The position numbers and the translations under genes are program-made. Under the pieces are notes generated by a model. The model had not been told where the DNA came from, searched no databases, and was given only the letters and a program-made list of their open reading frames with translations. Of a stretch of 64,000 bases of DNA, positions 28,427 through 38,953 are shown piece after piece. The DNA lies in contig CASFSV010000014.1 of assembly GCA_949297415.1 (NCBI GenBank), positions 7,030-71,029 on the forward strand, read 5' to 3'. The DNA comes from an uncultured Alphaproteobacteria bacterium (GTDB lineage: Bacteria; Pseudomonadota; Alphaproteobacteria; RF32; CAG-239). The stretch's first letter is position 1. Each line of letters opens with the position of its first letter.

Positions 28427-30415
28427 ATGAGTGATTTGTTTGAAAACTCCTCAACGGCAGTTAAGGAAGAATATTCTGCTCGTGATATTGAAGTTCTGGA
28501 AGGATTAGACCCTGTCAGACATCGTCCGGGTATGTATATCGGTGGTACCGATGAACAGGCTCTGCATCATTTGGTTGCGGAAATTTTAGACAACTCTATG
28601 GATGAAGCTGTTGCTGGCTATGCCTCCAGAATTGATATTTCTCTTAACGCCGACTACTCCGTTACTATTACAGATAATGGACGTGGTATTCCGGTTGATG
28701 ATCACCCTAAATATCCGGGAAAATCTGCTTTGGAGGTCATCTTAACAACTTTGCACTCCGGCGGTAAGTTCGGTGGTAACGCTTATAAAGTATCCGGTGG
28801 TTTACATGGTGTTGGTTCGTCCGTAGTTAATGCTTTATCCGTTAAACTCGTTGTTGAGGTGGCTCGTGACAAAAAACTCTATCGTCAAGAATATTCTTGT
28901 GGTAAACCCGTTACTCCATTAATGTTGGTAGGAAATGCTCCGAACCGTCGTGGAACAAGTATCACTTTCTTACCTGATGCTGAAATTTTTGGTAGCGACA
29001 ATAAATTTGTTCCGGCAAAAGTTTATCGTATGGCGCGCTCTAAAGCATTCTTGTTTAAAGGCATCAAAATCTTTTGGAAATGCGCTCCGGAACTTTTAAC
29101 TGAAGGTGACGGAATTCCTCAAGAAACGGAATTTAATTTCCCGAACGGCTTGTTGGACTTCTTAAATTACCAAATCGGCACACGCACAACTATCAATCGT
29201 ACTCCTTTTTCCGGTGAGGCTGAACTCTCCGGTGATGAAGGAAAAGTTGAATGGGCAATCACTTGGCCTGATGATGAAAAAGGTTTTTGTAACTCTTATT
29301 GCAATACGGTTATTACTCCTCAAGGCGGAACACACGAACAAGGTTTCCGCACAGCCTTGCTTAAAGGACTTAAAGAATATGCCGATATGGCTAATATCAA
29401 AAAAGCTGCCGGTATTACTGCGGAAGATTTCTTAAGCGATGCGGCTATTATGCTTTCCGTATTTATCCGCGATCCGCAATTCCAAGGACAGACCAAAGAT
29501 AAATTAACCTCCACCAAAGCTGCTTATTTGGTTGAAAAAGCTGTTAAAGATTCTTTTGACCATTGGCTTTCTTCTGATAAAGAAAATGCCAGTGCCTTGA
29601 TTGAATATGTTATCGATCGTGCAGAACTTCGTAAAAAAAGAAAAGAAGAAAAAGTTCAAAATCGTAAATCACCAACTAAAAAGTTACGCCTTCCTGGTAA
29701 ACTTGCCGACTGCTCTAAATCTGCTGCAGAAGATACTGAAATCTTTATTGTTGAAGGTGATTCTGCTGGTGGTTCCGCAAAGCAAGGTCGCGATCGCATG
29801 ACACAGGCCATTCTTCCATTACGCGGTAAAATTCTAAATGTTGCCAGTGCTAGTCTTGATAAAATTACTCAAAACCAAGAAATTAAAGACATGATTGAAG
29901 CTTTAGGATGTGGTACTAAAGATAATTACAAAGAAGAGAATTTACGTTATGAAAAAATCATCATCATGACCGATGCTGATGTCGACGGTGCGCATATTAC
30001 TTCCCTTTTGATGACTTTCTTTTATCAATATATGCCAAAACTTATTGAAAATGGGCATTTGTTTATTGCAACACCTCCTTTGTATAAAATCGTTTTTGGT
30101 GGCAAAAACTATTATGCTCTTGATGATGATGAAAAAGATAGAATCTTAAGTAAAGCAAAGGCTAATCAAAAACCTGATATCAGTCGTTTTAAAGGTTTGG
30201 GTGAAATGAGTGCTTTGCAACTTAAAGAAACTACCATGGATAAAAATAATCGTGTTTTACTTCGTGTTGTTATCCCTACGGCTAATACAGAAGAGGCGCG
30301 TGATGAAGCTTTTGAAACCAGAAGACAGGTTGAACGCCTGATGGGGAAAGATCCAGAGCAGCGCTTTAAATTCATTATTGAACGTGCTAAATTTGCAGAG
30401 GATTTGGATATATAA
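28427..30415 (+). CDS. parE: DNA topoisomerase IV subunit B
   Basis: 662 aa from ATG 28427 (gagga RBS). GHKL ATPase (LEGLDPVRHRPGMYIGGTDE, EILDNSMDEA, DNGRGIPVD), Toprim (EIFIVEGDSAGGSAKQGRDR, IIIMTDADVDGAHI). The length fits ParE rather than the roughly 800-aa GyrB. Confidence 0.8.
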   Translation: MSDLFENSSTAVKEEYSARDIEVLEGLDPVRHRPGMYIGGTDEQALHHLVAEILDNSMDEAVAGYASRIDISLNADYSVTITDNGRGIPVDDHPKYPGKSALEVILTTLHSGGKFGGNAYKVSGGLHGVGSSVVNALSVKLVVEVARDKKLYRQEYSCGKPVTPLMLVGNAPNRRGTSITFLPDAEIFGSDNKFVPAKVYRMARSKAFLFKGIKIFWKCAPELLTEGDGIPQETEFNFPNGLLDFLNYQIGTRTTINRTPFSGEAELSGDEGKVEWAITWPDDEKGFCNSYCNTVITPQGGTHEQGFRTALLKGLKEYADMANIKKAAGITAEDFLSDAAIMLSVFIRDPQFQGQTKDKLTSTKAAYLVEKAVKDSFDHWLSSDKENASALIEYVIDRAELRKKRKEEKVQNRKSPTKKLRLPGKLADCSKSAAEDTEIFIVEGDSAGGSAKQGRDRMTQAILPLRGKILNVASASLDKITQNQEIKDMIEALGCGTKDNYKEENLRYEKIIIMTDADVDGAHITSLLMTFFYQYMPKLIENGHLFIATPPLYKIVFGGKNYYALDDDEKDRILSKAKANQKPDISRFKGLGEMSALQLKETTMDKNNRVLLRVVIPTANTEEARDEAFETRRQVERLMGKDPEQRFKFIIERAKFAEDLDI

Positions 30416-30460
30416 ACTTTGTTACTTATAGCTTAAGAAACATTCAAAACGAAAAAAAAT

Positions 30461-30494
30461 AAAGACAGTTGATTTTATTAACTGTCTTTTTCTT
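30461..30494 (+). terminator. intrinsic terminator after parE
   Basis: aaagacagtt-gattttatta-actgtcttt followed by a T-run. Confidence 0.75.
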
Positions 30495-30770
30495 TTACAT
30501 ACAGCCTATGTTCTTTAGGGGTATGTGTTGGGATTGTCCCTTCATGTTTTCGTACGATTAAATATTCTTGTAGCAAAATATTCCATTCTCTTTGAAGAAT
30601 ATTCTTCACTTTTGCATAGCCGAATAATTTTCAGGCTTAGTCTGCATACTAAAAAGATAAGCACTGTTGCTAACATACCAAATAATTTTTAAGACCTCAT
30701 AATTAATTTTACGGTCTTACCCTAATCAATCATTTGGTATTCGTCCAGCCTTTCTACTTGATTTGCTTGC

Positions 30771-32288
30771 TTAGTCGTATGCGTGGTAATAACGCTTTTT
30801 ATAATCAAAATCGCATTTTATATGGCTAAATTCTGGCTTTAATATGTATATCACATCCGAATTATCAAACGGCTTATAATATTTATTTATTAGATTCATA
30901 TCTGGCACATGTACATATTTTTCAATACCACGCTCGGCTGAATATTTATCTTTATATGGCGCGATATATATAATTTTCGGCTTATATGTTACTATTATCT
31001 TATTTATATCCATTAGTGGATGTATTCCTACTCTGGCTCCAATTACATCCAGTTGTCCTAATAAATTCCAGTAGTAGTGTGGATCGCGATTATATAAATT
31101 GTATAAATTTCCATCCCCATTAATAACATAATCGCAAGGGGTCGTTACGCGTACAATCTTTTTATTCAAAGGGTCATAAAAACGCCCTACTCTATCGCCA
31201 AGATTACCTTCATACACCGCCGGTTTGTACATACAAAAAGCCAGTACTGCGACTAATACATATATAAAAGCAAAATGTTTCTTAAAGATTTTTTCTTCCA
31301 AAAACATAGCACTCAAAATAGCGGCCAAATATATCAGCAAATAAAAATAATATGCAAAGGCAGAAAAGTACAACAAACGTTGCGCCAACTCTGTTAAAAA
31401 CAAAATGGTTAGTATGTTAAAATATATATTTTTCTGGCGAATAAAGCAAATAATTGCACAAAAACTCCCAAGCAGAAGTAATTTTAATTCCGGCCAAATC
31501 ATTCCTTGACGGCGTTCTTCTGCAAATAGCTCTGGGATGTGTAAATTAAAAATAAAATTGGAACGATACCATGTTTCTAAAATACCATGATGCCATAAGT
31601 AGACAGCATATCCTAAACTCAAAACTATCGGCAATAAGATTGCATAAGCCAATGCATCAACTTTAATGATTTTCTTATGTAGCAGATAAAATGTTATCAG
31701 CGCCAATACGGCAAGGGCAAAAATAATTTTTTGCAAAAACATAAATGACATCCAGAATAACAACATAGCTAGACTTAATTGGCTTACTTTTTGCTCCTTT
31801 ATATGTTTGAAGTAAAAATATAATCCGGCAAAAAAAGCGGTCATCATAAAATTATCGGGGCGGAAATTTACCACAGATACGATAACATACGGTGTTAAAG
31901 CTATGGCAGCAGCAATTATACCACCGGTTTTATTGGTCAAGAAGCGTGAAGTAATCAGATATAAAATATAGTAGTTCAAAAATGAACTTAGTATAGAGCA
32001 ACTTACCGCTGTCGCCGTGATAATATTGTCATCTAATCCATGTGCATGTAAACCGACAAATGGTGCAAACATATACCATAACAATGGATTATGGTGTTGA
32101 AAAAAGTCTTTATATGGTATAAAATTTGCATAAACTAACCACGAGGAGTGTATATGCTCCAATGTATCTCCCCCCAAGGTGTTCGTTTTCCATGCAATAT
32201 ATAGGCAGAAAAAAAGTCCGACGCATAAATGCCCTAAGAAAAAAAATGCCGGAAATTTTTGATATATTTTTTGTAACATTGGCGGCAT
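30771..32288 (-). CDS. ArnT/PMT-type polytopic membrane glycosyltransferase (GT39/GT83-like)
   Basis: About 12 TM segments. N-terminal loop GGDTLEHIHSSWLVYANFIPYKDFFQHHNPLLWY resembles the conserved first periplasmic loop of lipid-linked-sugar transferases. Soluble C-terminal domain of about 150 aa. Confidence 0.6.
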   Translation of the reverse strand: MPPMLQKIYQKFPAFFFLGHLCVGLFFCLYIAWKTNTLGGDTLEHIHSSWLVYANFIPYKDFFQHHNPLLWYMFAPFVGLHAHGLDDNIITATAVSCSILSSFLNYYILYLITSRFLTNKTGGIIAAAIALTPYVIVSVVNFRPDNFMMTAFFAGLYFYFKHIKEQKVSQLSLAMLLFWMSFMFLQKIIFALAVLALITFYLLHKKIIKVDALAYAILLPIVLSLGYAVYLWHHGILETWYRSNFIFNLHIPELFAEERRQGMIWPELKLLLLGSFCAIICFIRQKNIYFNILTILFLTELAQRLLYFSAFAYYFYLLIYLAAILSAMFLEEKIFKKHFAFIYVLVAVLAFCMYKPAVYEGNLGDRVGRFYDPLNKKIVRVTTPCDYVINGDGNLYNLYNRDPHYYWNLLGQLDVIGARVGIHPLMDINKIIVTYKPKIIYIAPYKDKYSAERGIEKYVHVPDMNLINKYYKPFDNSDVIYILKPEFSHIKCDFDYKKRYYHAYD

Positions 32289-32299
32289 TTTCTTTCTCC

Positions 32300-33352
32300 T
32301 TATGGGATAAATATAGTTTGCTTAAAGACGTTTTCCATGAAAAACAATGAAATAAAGCTTAAAATAAAGGCTATAACCGGTGTTGCAACCCAGCCGGATA
32401 CAACGCGCAAAATCAGACTCCATTTTATACCCTTCCCCCCCTTAACAAGGCCTATTCCTACAATTGCTCCAATGACAGCCTGTGTACTGGAAACAGGAAC
32501 TGCCGGTAGAGGCGGTAAATTCATTGATATTAAAAAATTCTCCAAATTTTCAGAAGAAAATAATATCAATACCAATGACTGCGATAAAATTACAATCCAA
32601 GCTACAGTTGGTGAAAATGACAATACATTTTTTCCTACGGTTTTAATGGCTTTTTGGGAATATGTAAATATACCAACGCAGGCTGCTATTGCACCTAACA
32701 AAAATAGAACCTGAGTGCTACTTAAAGTATAGACATTACCTAATTTGAGCGGAGATAAAACATTTGAATCAATAAATACGCCGACAACATTCGCCATATT
32801 ATTAGCGCCCAAAGCAAAACCACCTAATGCTGTCGTTAGTATCATCCCTACTCTTACCGCCATGTCTTGCCATAAGATATGTACTTTGCTATGATGCAAT
32901 AACTTCTTGACGCAAATGTATAACCCAACTGCTATTACTCCCGAAATAATCGGACAGAATATCCATGTTGCACAAATATTTGTCAGAGTTTCCGTATCCG
33001 TCGGTTTATGGTTATATACGTTCCAACCGATAATTCCGCCGACAATCGCTTGTGAAATGGAAACACTTATTCCGGATTTTAGCATCATTAAGACAGCCAA
33101 CGCGGATGATAGTGACACCGTAAATGCTGCTGCTAACGTATTTACTTCACCCAACGTATTTAATGTTTCTGCCGTATTTTGACCACTTAATACGGCACCT
33201 AGTACCAAAAAAATGCTGGCTATAATCGCTGCTGTCGTAAAACGCAACATTTTCGTTCCGACCGCCGTACCAAATATATTTGAAGCATCATTTGCTCCTA
33301 ATGACCACCCCAGGAACAAACCGCTTGAGAGAAAAAATAGATATTCCAACAT
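32300..33352 (-). CDS. inorganic phosphate transporter, PiT family
   Basis: Duplicated PHO4 signature GANDASNIFGTAVGT and GANNMANVVG. Confidence 0.88.
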   Translation of the reverse strand: MLEYLFFLSSGLFLGWSLGANDASNIFGTAVGTKMLRFTTAAIIASIFLVLGAVLSGQNTAETLNTLGEVNTLAAAFTVSLSSALAVLMMLKSGISVSISQAIVGGIIGWNVYNHKPTDTETLTNICATWIFCPIISGVIAVGLYICVKKLLHHSKVHILWQDMAVRVGMILTTALGGFALGANNMANVVGVFIDSNVLSPLKLGNVYTLSSTQVLFLLGAIAACVGIFTYSQKAIKTVGKNVLSFSPTVAWIVILSQSLVLILFSSENLENFLISMNLPPLPAVPVSSTQAVIGAIVGIGLVKGGKGIKWSLILRVVSGWVATPVIAFILSFISLFFMENVFKQTIFIP

Positions 33353-33355
33353 CTC

Positions 33356-34015
33356 TTAAATTTCCCTCTTTATCGCAAAAATAAGCAGGGCATCTATGCA
33401 GTCTTCTGCTAAATCCGCAATATCTGCAACCTCTTCTATAAAATTGTTGATTTGCATTTTATGAGCTAAATCTAAATCGGAATCAAACACTTCATTTCGT
33501 AGTTTGGCTGCAGTTTTGTCACTTTGATGTTCCAATAAATATACTTTTTTGGAATAATCACGCAAAGTTACCAAATCTCTGAAAAAGGCTCGTGATGCTA
33601 TTGCCATATTCTCCGCGCAATCGGCTACTTGATTAACTAACTCTTTTAATTTGCTGTGATATTCTTCCGGTATCTTTGGGCGCTCTATATAAAATTTATG
33701 CGCTACTTCATCAAACAAATTAATAACTCTATCCAAGTTTTCTACTAGTTCCAAAATATTTCCACGTAAATCCGGTATCAAATTTTGTTCATATAATTTA
33801 CTTTCTATTTCCCGACGTAACGTATCCGAATCATGCTCAATTATCTTTATTTTTTTACTGGTTTGGCGATATTTTTCACTACGTTGTTCTTGAAGATATA
33901 TATCAACAGCTTCCTTAAAAACCATTGTCATTTCTATAATTTTATCATGCAAACTATCTATATTATGCTCCAAATCTCTCGTACGAGCAAATAATGATAT
34001 CTTTACGTTAAACAT
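33356..34015 (-). CDS. DUF47/PhoU-like phosphate-transport regulator (TIGR00153-type)
   Basis: All-helical 219-aa protein immediately upstream of the PiT gene, which is the classical DUF47-PiT pairing. Confidence 0.6.
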   Translation of the reverse strand: MFNVKISLFARTRDLEHNIDSLHDKIIEMTMVFKEAVDIYLQEQRSEKYRQTSKKIKIIEHDSDTLRREIESKLYEQNLIPDLRGNILELVENLDRVINLFDEVAHKFYIERPKIPEEYHSKLKELVNQVADCAENMAIASRAFFRDLVTLRDYSKKVYLLEHQSDKTAAKLRNEVFDSDLDLAHKMQINNFIEEVADIADLAEDCIDALLIFAIKREI

Positions 34016-34177
34016 CTATATCCCTTCTCTCTTTTCAGAATCGTTTTCATTTTCCCTTTTTTGCTATTTGATTTTAAACTTGTACACTTTGTCAACATAT
34101 TTTTATTTTTGGCTTGCATTTATTTTTTTATTCTCCTACTTTTTAGTGGTTATATAACATTTTTAAGGATGGGAAAT

Positions 34178-34927
34178 ATGCAAAAAGATAATATTATTAC
34201 TGTCTTGGTATCTGTTATTGCCAGCGTTGTTGTGTCTGTTGCACTCTGCGCTTCCGTATCTGGTTCTAAGACTTCAACTTCTGCTTCTACAGCTTCTCAA
34301 GATGTAAATCAAGCTATTGAAGATTATTTAATGAATAACCCTAGCAAAGTTCGTGAAGCTTTGGAATTGGCTGCTCAACAAGAACAAATTGAAGCTCAAA
34401 AACGTGTTGCTGAACTTTACAAGGCTAACTGGAAAGATTTGAGTTCTTATGAAGGTTCTCCTTTTGTTGGACCTAAAGATGCAAAAGTTACTATTGTTGA
34501 ATTCTTTGATTTTAACTGTGGTTATTGCAAACGTCTAGCTCCTGAATTGATGAAGATTATTAAAGCTAACAAAGATGTTAAGGTTGTATTTAAACCTGTA
34601 ACTTTCTTAGGTTCTATGCCTGCTGCTAAGGCTGCTATGGCTGCTAATAAACAAGGTAAATTCTTGGAAGTTTATGAAGCTTTATTAACTCACAACGGTC
34701 AAGTTACTTCTGCCGTTATTGATGAAGTTATCAAAAAAGCCGGACTTGATGTTGAAAAAACTAAGAAGTTGATGGAAAGTGATGAAATCGCAAAAGAAAT
34801 TTCTGCTATTGCTGAACTTTCTCAAAAAGTACAAATTCGTGGTGTACCGACTTTGATTATGAATGGTGAAGCTTTGCAAGCTATTGACGAAGCTACTATT
34901 CAGGCGGCTATTGATAACGCAAAATAA
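34178..34927 (+). CDS. DsbA-family thiol:disulfide oxidoreductase (Com1-like), membrane-anchored
   Basis: ATG 34178 with aagga RBS. N-terminal TM. Thioredoxin active site FDFNCGYCKRL. cis-Pro region RGVPTLIMNG. Confidence 0.85.
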   Translation: MQKDNIITVLVSVIASVVVSVALCASVSGSKTSTSASTASQDVNQAIEDYLMNNPSKVREALELAAQQEQIEAQKRVAELYKANWKDLSSYEGSPFVGPKDAKVTIVEFFDFNCGYCKRLAPELMKIIKANKDVKVVFKPVTFLGSMPAAKAAMAANKQGKFLEVYEALLTHNGQVTSAVIDEVIKKAGLDVEKTKKLMESDEIAKEISAIAELSQKVQIRGVPTLIMNGEALQAIDEATIQAAIDNAK

Positions 34928-34948
34928 TTTTGCTTTATCTCAATTTAG

Positions 34949-34978
34949 GCCCATCTTTTACAGATGGGCTTTTTTGTT
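34949..34978 (+). terminator. intrinsic terminator
   Basis: gcccatct-tttac-agatgggc followed by TTTTTTGTTTT. Confidence 0.8.
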
Positions 34979-35069
34979 TTTAAAACTTGATGATTATACT
35001 TAAAAATTCTTGCATATACTTTTATGACACGTTAATCTTTCTTTAGTCTTATATATTGGAGTGGGTATT

Positions 35070-35864
35070 ATGAAAATCTTTTTTAAATATTTTGCCGTTT
35101 TAATCGTTGCAGCTCTCGGCACTGGTATCGTTCTATATCTTGATGCGCGTTGTCCGCAAAAAAAGGCTCAGCAAGCACAGCTCGTTAACAATGCTATCGA
35201 ATCCTATATTCAAAATAACAAGGAAACTTTGGCTAATCTTGTTTTGGAAAGCGATACTTTTAAAAACTCTTCTTTCCAAATCAAAGCAAATAATGAACCT
35301 GAACAACAGACCGAAAAAGAAACTGTGACAGAAAATAATCCTAATCAGATATATTTAGATCATTGGGATGAAATGAAAAATAGTGAAATTGCTCCTTATG
35401 CAGGTCCCCAAAACGCAAAAGTTACTGTAGTTGAATTTTTTGATTTTGCTTGCGGACATTGCAAAGCGTTGGCTCCGGTTATGGCTCAATTAGTCAAGAA
35501 TAATCCTGATGTTAAATTCGTATTCAATCCTCTCTTTTTCATGAGCGAACATTCTCCTTATGCAGCAAAAGCTTCTTTAGCTGCTTTCCAAAAGGGTAAA
35601 TTTGTTGAAGTTTTTGAAGGAATTATGACGCTTCCTGAAATGAACGAAGATACTATCAATCAAATTTTGGTTGATGAGGGACTTAATGTCGATGAAATTA
35701 AACAGATGATGGAGCAAAAAGAAATTCGTCGCGGAATTCAAGATATTGATGCTCTTTCGCAAGTTTTGGGTATCAATGGCGTTCCGATGTTAATCATCAA
35801 TGGTGAGCCATTTTATGGTCGCAGCCTTGATGATTTGCAAAACAAAATTAACAGCTATAAATAA
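35070..35864 (+). CDS. second DsbA-family oxidoreductase paralog
   Basis: ATG 35070. N-terminal TM. FDFACGHCKAL active site. NGVPMLIING. Confidence 0.85.
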   Translation: MKIFFKYFAVLIVAALGTGIVLYLDARCPQKKAQQAQLVNNAIESYIQNNKETLANLVLESDTFKNSSFQIKANNEPEQQTEKETVTENNPNQIYLDHWDEMKNSEIAPYAGPQNAKVTVVEFFDFACGHCKALAPVMAQLVKNNPDVKFVFNPLFFMSEHSPYAAKASLAAFQKGKFVEVFEGIMTLPEMNEDTINQILVDEGLNVDEIKQMMEQKEIRRGIQDIDALSQVLGINGVPMLIINGEPFYGRSLDDLQNKINSYK

Positions 35865-35888
35865 AAAAATAGTTTTTTTGCAAAAATT

Positions 35889-35923
35889 ATCCCCTGAAGC
35901 CATAAAGCTCAGGGGATTTTTTT
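35889..35923. terminator. bidirectional terminator
   Basis: tcccctgaagccataaagctcagggga flanked by A-run and T-run. Confidence 0.75.
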
Positions 35924-35935
35924 GTGTTGGATTAA

Positions 35936-36985
35936 TTAAGGTTTGAATACCTGGCCGTTTTCGCCATTTATTTCACCGTCTTCAAAGTGAATACCTAGAA
36001 TCGCACCATCGTACAGTTGTTCCAATGTTTTAGTTTTCGGATTAAAGCGGTATACTGTTCCATAGACACCTCTGAATCCTTCTTTATCATACACTTCGCT
36101 AATCAATGTGGTTGATTTTCTACCTAGTGAGAAGCCTCGATATAGTTCAGTATACTCAAAATTTTGACCGAGAAGAATGACTGTATCTTTTCCTTCATGG
36201 AAAATAATAGATGGTATGGATAAAGCATAGCACCCAGGATTATTCTTTTCAGAACTATAAATCCCCCATACCTGATATTTATTATCTTCCTTTATTATCA
36301 GGTATTCGTTTGGTACTGCAGCTTCTACAATTTCTCCTTTATAGATAACTTCCATTTCATCTTCTTGTGGAACATAGATATTTTCACAAATGTATCTATC
36401 TGCACAAATTTCCGTATAACCATCATCTTGCAGTACATTCAAGATAATCTTTTTTCCGTCTTGATTTTTAGGTGATAAGAAGATATGTATTCCTACTTTT
36501 TGGCCTAATTCTTGAATATCCTCTCTATCCTTATTCACAAGCATCCACGTTTCCGCGCCATCATCGCTTTTAACACAGTAAATAAAAGCATTTTTGCTCC
36601 CAGAATAAATCTTTCTGTTATATTGGTTTGCAAATACTAAATACTCTGCATCTTTGGTTCTTAAGAGAATTTCATATGTGCATGATCTATATTTATGCGT
36701 TACACGATAAACATAAACCCAGCATTGCCTGTTTCCCATCTGTACTTTGAAGTAATCGTCTGCACGTAAAACCATAGATAGGCAGTGTACAAAGAAACAT
36801 ATTCCACAAAACAATATCAACCATGACAAAAGAAATTCTAATTCTTTGTCCGGCAGTGGTATTGCCATGTAGACAACACAGAGAGCAAATCCCATTATGG
36901 CCAGGATGAATTCCAGATTAAGAGCATTTTTCCATGCGGAGCGTTCGCATATACGCGATATTCTCCATGACATTAATTTATCCAT
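35936..36985 (-). CDS. hypothetical membrane protein (2 N-terminal TM plus about 250-aa beta-rich domain)
   Basis: Long ORF with its own terminator. No family recognised. Confidence 0.5.
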   Translation of the reverse strand: MDKLMSWRISRICERSAWKNALNLEFILAIMGFALCVVYMAIPLPDKELEFLLSWLILFCGICFFVHCLSMVLRADDYFKVQMGNRQCWVYVYRVTHKYRSCTYEILLRTKDAEYLVFANQYNRKIYSGSKNAFIYCVKSDDGAETWMLVNKDREDIQELGQKVGIHIFLSPKNQDGKKIILNVLQDDGYTEICADRYICENIYVPQEDEMEVIYKGEIVEAAVPNEYLIIKEDNKYQVWGIYSSEKNNPGCYALSIPSIIFHEGKDTVILLGQNFEYTELYRGFSLGRKSTTLISEVYDKEGFRGVYGTVYRFNPKTKTLEQLYDGAILGIHFEDGEINGENGQVFKP

Positions 36986-37085
36986 AAAACATTATAATTT
37001 AAGTGATACAATAATTGTTAACTGGCGTGCATTGTATCTATTTTTGTTGATTTGTCAAATATTTTATGGCGAAAAATATCGTGAG

Positions 37086-38942
37086 CTAATTTATTGTTTC
37101 ACTTAGCTCCATCCACCGTTCTTCTGTTGTGGTTATTTCTTGTTCCAAATTGTATAGATCTATTTGTATTTTGGCTACTTCACTGCCCGAAACTTGTGCA
37201 AATTTTTGGAGTAATTTTTCTTTTTGAGCCTCCAACTTATTCAGTTCTTGTTCTATTTGGCGCAACTCTGCTCTGACTTTACGGTCTTGTTTATAATTTG
37301 AGGCATTTTTTTCTATTGGTGCAATTGTTTTTTCTTGTATTTTTATTTCCTTTTTTTCAGACTTTACTTCTGTTTTTCTCTCTTTATTAAGTAAGAAAGC
37401 GCGATAGTCTTCTAAATCTCCGTCAAACGCCGTACACGTGTTATTATGCACGAGCCACAAATTATCAACGACCATTTCTAATAAATGAAAATCGTGTGAA
37501 ATCAAAATAATTGCACCATTATACGCGTTTAATGCTTCAGCTAAAGCGGTTCGTCCTTCCATATCCAGATGATTTGTCGGTTCGTCAAAAATCAATAGTT
37601 CCGGCTTATCTATGGAAATTCTTGCAAACAGCAATCTTGTTTTTTCACCACCGGACAACGCTTTTATTTGCGTGACGGCCTTTTCTTGTTCCAAACCGAA
37701 ACGCCCTAAATGAGCGCGAATATTTTTTTCCGGTGTGTCTGGCTCAATGCTTTTCATATACTCGGTTGGTGTTAGCTCCAGTGGCAATTCTTCGGTCTGA
37801 TTTTGATTAAAGTATCCAATTTTTAGTTTGCCACTTTTTCTCATCGTTCCTTCCATCATTGGAAGATGAGATGACAACATTTTCACCAATGTCGATTTAC
37901 CATTACCATTTTTTCCCAATAACGCAATTCTGTCATCTTGGTTGATATAAAAATTAAGTTTCCGCAGCACAACCTTATCACCATAACCAACAACTCCTCC
38001 TTCTACGGTTATCAGTGGCGATGGCATTGGTTTTATATCAGGAAAAGAAAACTTACTCTCTTTATCTTGTGCGACTTCTTCTATATCCTCCATTTTTTCT
38101 AACATTTTCAGACGGCTTTGAGCTTGGCGTGCCTTAGTGGCTTTATAACGGAATCTATCTACATATGATTGAAGGTGAGCTTTTCGCTCATTTTGCTTTT
38201 TTATTAGCTTATCTACCAACTCAATTTTTTGTGCATATTGGCGTGCAAAAGTGTCATAATTGCCTCCATATTGTACCAACTTTTTGCCTTCAAAATGCAG
38301 GATACCGCCACAGACATTATTTAAGAAATCACGATCGTGACTAATGAGCAAAACTGTTCCCTTATATTTTTGTAAATAACTTTCAAGCCATACGATTGCT
38401 TCTAAATCCAAATGGTTGGTCGGTTCATCCAAAAACAGAATATCCGAACGTTGAAATAAGGCGCCAGCTAAATTTAAGCGCATTTGCCAACCACCGGAAA
38501 AATCTTTTACGGGACGTACTAAATCTTCTTGATTAAAACCTAATCCAACTAAAATTTCTGCGGTTCTGGCTTCTGCCGAATCGGACTCCATTATCCATAA
38601 TTGTTCCATAATCTCTGGCAGTTCTTCTGGCTTAGCGGTTTTCTCTTGTTCTCGTAAAGCCATCAATCGTTTATCTTTGCTTAAAACATATTCCAATATC
38701 GGTTTTTGCAAATCTGCTTCTTTTATCTCTTGTTCCACAAAAGCTTTTAATTGATTTTTACCGCATTGGACTTCCCCGCTGTTTACCTCTAGTTCTCCTT
38801 TTAATACCCTAAATAATGTTGTTTTTCCGCAACCATTTTTGCCGACAATTCCAATCTTTTGCCCATCTGATATTTGGGCACTGGCATCTTCCAATAAAAA
38901 CTTTGAAGCTATTTGAACGGTTATGTTTTCTAATTTTATCAT
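37086..38942 (-). CDS. ABC-F family ATPase (Uup/YheS/EttA-type translation factor)
   Basis: Two ABC cassettes (GKNGCGKTT / GKNGNGKST; LSGGWQMR / LSGGEKTR; LFLDEPTNHLD / LIFDEPTNHLD). No TM domain. C-terminal coiled coil. Confidence 0.9.
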   Translation of the reverse strand: MIKLENITVQIASKFLLEDASAQISDGQKIGIVGKNGCGKTTLFRVLKGELEVNSGEVQCGKNQLKAFVEQEIKEADLQKPILEYVLSKDKRLMALREQEKTAKPEELPEIMEQLWIMESDSAEARTAEILVGLGFNQEDLVRPVKDFSGGWQMRLNLAGALFQRSDILFLDEPTNHLDLEAIVWLESYLQKYKGTVLLISHDRDFLNNVCGGILHFEGKKLVQYGGNYDTFARQYAQKIELVDKLIKKQNERKAHLQSYVDRFRYKATKARQAQSRLKMLEKMEDIEEVAQDKESKFSFPDIKPMPSPLITVEGGVVGYGDKVVLRKLNFYINQDDRIALLGKNGNGKSTLVKMLSSHLPMMEGTMRKSGKLKIGYFNQNQTEELPLELTPTEYMKSIEPDTPEKNIRAHLGRFGLEQEKAVTQIKALSGGEKTRLLFARISIDKPELLIFDEPTNHLDMEGRTALAEALNAYNGAIILISHDFHLLEMVVDNLWLVHNNTCTAFDGDLEDYRAFLLNKERKTEVKSEKKEIKIQEKTIAPIEKNASNYKQDRKVRAELRQIEQELNKLEAQKEKLLQKFAQVSGSEVAKIQIDLYNLEQEITTTEERWMELSETIN

Positions 38943-38953
38943 TTCTTTCCTTT

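Noticed and set aside
30495-30770. Possible small ORFs or a pseudogene remnant in the 275-bp spacer after parE. One is a 44-codon minus-strand ORF (30542-30676) encoding a hydrophobic peptide. Another frame reads GYAKVKNILQREWNILLQEYLIVRKHEGTIPTHTPKEHRLY.
   Set aside because: No RBS, no recognisable homology, and the frames are interrupted by stops. The evidence is insufficient to annotate.
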